From assembly GCA_963665665.1 (NCBI GenBank), contig OY762428.1, positions 5,376,001 to 5,440,000 of the forward strand: a stretch of 64,000 nucleotides of DNA, written 5' to 3'. The DNA is from Candidatus Kapaibacterium sp. Lineage in GTDB: Bacteria > Bacteroidota > Ignavibacteria > Kapaibacteriales > UBA2268. Of the stretch, positions 62,001 through 64,000 are shown one piece after another; position 1 is the first letter of the stretch; every line of letters begins with the position of its first letter. The translations under genes were made by a program, and so were the position numbers. The notes under the pieces are model-generated. The model searched no databases and was not told the DNA's origin. It saw nothing but the letters and a program-made list of their open reading frames with translations.

Positions 62001-62612
62001 GCCGATCAATTTAATAAGTTGTGTTTCGATATCATTATTTATTACCTCGTTAAAAATTATTTTTAATGATTTATCAATAATCTTTAAGTCTCCGGTAGGA
62101 TCCGGTTCCAGATCAATAGGATTAATAAAAAATTCTCGATTTTCAATATTCAGGAGGTTAAAAATATCCCTGTATTTTATCATCGATTGATTTATTGAAT
62201 GCTTTATTACCTTACCTTGAAAACCATCTTCTTTTGTATCGGCAAAAATTGCTATTCTTGCATCCGAAATATCAATTACCTTGTCGAGAATGTATTTATG
62301 ATGATTCTCGTCAGTTGGGAAATTGCACATTTTAATTGCCGTGTCGCAATAGGATTTCATCTTAGCAAGCTTGTCATCTTTTCGATCGGCTTTTTCCGAT
62401 CTTTTCCGGATTTCCATTGTAGCATAAAAACCTACAATAATAAATCCAATAAAGAATAAAAGCCTGCCGGGAAAACCTTCGAAACCCGTTTCCAGAAAGA
62501 GTATTTCCAAAATCGAATTAGTATCTGTAAATAGTAAATTCCTGACAATTACAATAGCCCAGATTATTAAACCAATAATTAGGGAAAAAGTAAAAATACC
62601 TGGCTTCTTCAT
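59055..62612 (-). CDS. Membrane-anchored multi-PAS/GAF sensor histidine kinase
   Basis: Two N-terminal TMs; four PAS/PAC units (RDMTE, RDITA, RDVTE, RDFTA); GAF (WLGVPL); SHEYRTPL; NLLTNATKYS; GTGLGL. Confidence 0.93.
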   Translation of the reverse strand: MKKPGIFTFSLIIGLIIWAIVIVRNLLFTDTNSILEILFLETGFEGFPGRLLFFIGFIIVGFYATMEIRKRSEKADRKDDKLAKMKSYCDTAIKMCNFPTDENHHKYILDKVIDISDARIAIFADTKEDGFQGKVIKHSINQSMIKYRDIFNLLNIENREFFINPIDLEPDPTGDLKIIDKSLKIIFNEVINNDIETQLIKLIGPYKIIVFPVVNGALNQGVVFLVLRKNDELKNRELLEAFLRQSAAFLRKRKIQDELIRNEKQYRHIFENMIDVYYRCDLNGDIELTTPSALRLFGYDSMDDLIGLNIRRDFYFNPEDRDEFLEKLYKENYVNQYELPLKNRYGKKILVETNSKLIRNSNGEPVAVEGIIRDMTEHFKSAAKIKQSEESYRLTIDSMADYIHVCDTDMQLLLINRPLREFANISDDSDSIIGSHFMDIFKFQGKKATSTFKQVLKSGQILTFEEKYKIGAYQYIMDIRMIPIKENGKVIRVITILRDITAERNAEQNRILAEKKNRLILNIIPDLMIHADGGGIILNHNTSGIEDLKIERNSLVGKHLSEFVPIDLAYEMIENIQDVIESDEPKSFEYQMELNSLPRSFEIRMVKCGDNEVLSMSRDVTERNRTEEALRESEERHRKITENSPDIISRFDKNARCLFLSENVSEFTGLPAENFIGKTISEMQESDLPKIFKENVIKKVFITGDYSEEEFHFHSHNKELWLNRRLIPEYDQDENIISVMGITRDFTARRKNELVKDVIYEISKSTNISKDLFEFFKSIKKNLAKVLDTTNFFIALYDENTDTISLPFFEDTKDNFKSFPAGKTLTSYLIRNNRSLLLKEKDILNLQKSKIVEFIGTPSKVWLGVPLKVDSDVIGAVVVQHYEDENCYSEEDKKILQFVSDQIAIAIKRKSDEDEIIELNKELEQRVIDRTAKLQEALEELKVANDEAAKALVKEKELNDLKTRFISMVSHEYRTPLTVILSSTYLLENYFKEDNPEEHHKHLGWIQEAVKAMTELLDDVLVYGRSEEGTFRINPIKIDLNSAISSVIQEIKIADNNRHTINFQAESKHIDCHTDPNMIQHILTNLLTNATKYSPEGLPIDVVVRSANNDVEIEVKDKGIGIPEKDQKNLFQHFFRSTNVGTISGTGLGLSIVKRAVEALNGKIKFDSVENKGTTFSIRIPRGLN

Positions 62613-62971
62613 AATTCAGCTTCAAATAATAAACATGATTAAAATAAATCAGGATTAAAAAATCCCGAGCGCCCAAATGCACGTATAATTGAAAGCAAAT
62701 GTCGAGCCAAAAATTATGTTTCTTTGTGGTATAAATACTTAGGCAAGCTGTAAATTAATTTTTTCGTCATTCCATCCACCCGTCTGTCTATAAAAATCAG
62801 TACATCCTGTTCGTCATTATATTCCTATGCAAATATACATATAAACTAAGATATTAAAAAGCAATTAGAATAATTTTGTACAAAAAATGTAGTTGTTATT
62901 ATTCTTTTTGAATGTTAATCCGGAAAGATAGTCAGGTTCACTTTTATTAGCAAATTTTAATAATAAAATAA

Positions 62972-63715
62972 TTAATACATGCCTTGTCCGTTAAGCAGGC
63001 CGATATTATCGATTATACCGCTTGCTTCGATATTAAATTCAATGCTTGCCTGATAGGGTTTTATTTCTTTGGGTCCAAACTGAATTATTAGCTGCAGGGT
63101 ACTTTGCGCCGGTATCTCTTTTGGCAATTGCGAACGAAAAACAAAGACGTTTTCCGAGCTTACAATTTTGTAAGATTTAACATTAACTGTCTGGTTAGTG
63201 TTATTTCTGATGTAAATTGGTTTTGATTTTGTTGTATTAACAGATTGATTCGAAAAATCTACATCACCAACTTCGACCGAAGGGACGGAAGCCCTGAGCA
63301 AAAGAAACGGTTTATCATATCCACCGATAAACATGGTATCTTTGAATACCCCAAGTTCTTTAGCAGTAAAGTTAATAAATACCGGCTGCCTGAAACCCGG
63401 ACTACCCTGCGGAGCAAGAGTTACAGGTAAAGAACCGTTCAAAGGGCTGAACAATTCCGGATGCTGAGAAAATGAAAGGCTGTCAATTATCAACTGTTTT
63501 TTTGTGAGATTAATAATTTCAATATCAAGGGGCTTGGTAAGTTCATAAGAAACCAACTCATAATCCAGCCCGGTTCTATTGAGTGCAATATCGTCATTGC
63601 TTGTTCCACCGGATCCGGTTTCTGTTACTTCACGATTTGCAGGTACATCAATTGGCGAAGAACATGATACCCATGCCAAAATAGCAATTAACGTTATGAT
63701 GATAAAATATTTCAA
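62972..63715 (-). CDS. Lipoprotein with two Ig-like (ASH/choice-of-anchor-D-like) domains
   Basis: Lipobox WVSC; two repeats of the pattern I.N.T...LP..LAP/IPA...I.F.(A/P)KE. Confidence 0.7.
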   Translation of the reverse strand: MKYFIIITLIAILAWVSCSSPIDVPANREVTETGSGGTSNDDIALNRTGLDYELVSYELTKPLDIEIINLTKKQLIIDSLSFSQHPELFSPLNGSLPVTLAPQGSPGFRQPVFINFTAKELGVFKDTMFIGGYDKPFLLLRASVPSVEVGDVDFSNQSVNTTKSKPIYIRNNTNQTVNVKSYKIVSSENVFVFRSQLPKEIPAQSTLQLIIQFGPKEIKPYQASIEFNIEASGIIDNIGLLNGQGMY

Positions 63716-63734
63716 AATACTTTCCTGTTTATTA

Positions 63735-63998
63735 TCAGAATTTTACAGATGCACCCCAGGACATCCCGATTTTTCTGGTACTGAAGTACCTGCCGTCGAA
63801 ATTATAAACCAATACAGTTCCCTCGATACCTGCAAACAGATTAAATCTGCTTGATATATCATATTTCAGTCCGATCAGGCCGCGCCCAATTGGCCCTACA
63901 CGGGTACCGCCAAGCGTGGCCCTGACAAGCGGGTAAAATCTATTGTTATCTTCAGGATCGGTAAATGAATACTGCCCGGAAACACCCCACCAGAATGC
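63735..63998 (-). CDS. C-terminus of an outer-membrane beta-barrel protein (start lies beyond the window; absent from the ORF track)
   Basis: Manual translation AFWWGVSGQYSF...LIGLKYDISSRFNLFAGIEG...KIGMSWGASVKF-stop: amphipathic strands and a terminal Phe. Confidence 0.7.
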   Translation of the reverse strand, partial: AFWWGVSGQYSFTDPEDNNRFYPLVRATLGGTRVGPIGRGLIGLKYDISSRFNLFAGIEGTVLVYNFDGRYFSTRKIGMSWGASVKF

Positions 63999-64000
63999 CA

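Overview
AT-rich bacterial chromosomal segment, most likely from an anaerobic or aerotolerant FCB-group lineage such as Ignavibacteria or Kapabacteria. This is inferred from four proteins with T9SS-type C-terminal sorting domains, TAnnTTTG promoter elements, a full-length HprK and LPS export genes. In order it holds: two T9SS cargo genes; a three-gene electron-bifurcating-type [FeFe]-hydrogenase operon; HAD, ytfJ/ytfI-like genes and aroA; a TolC-RDD-MacA-MacB-type ABC efflux operon; an envelope operon (heparinase II/III-like, flippase, FtsX-like, LptF/G) ending in a divergent GldL/GldM-like pair; a DUF3160-like T9SS cargo; osmC, mltG and an NlpC/P60 gene; two tandem hybrid kinases; HsdR_N, MazG-like, SagB-like and AlkD-like genes; a 13x21-bp tandem repeat next to tRNA-Glu(CTC); a staphyloxanthin-type C30 carotenoid tailoring cluster (aldH-crtP-crtQ-crtO); a VWA/Ig T9SS cargo; a TonB-type receptor; DsbD with a duplicated N-domain; hprK; a PerR-Dps-peroxiredoxin cluster; and a large PAS/GAF kinase. 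I saw no integrase, transposase, CRISPR array or rRNA. The best candidates for under-described biology are the GldLM-like motor pair, the carotenoid module lacking crtM/crtN, the fused and re-ordered hydrogenase, and the heptad tandem repeat. All calls come from motif recognition by eye; no database searches were run.
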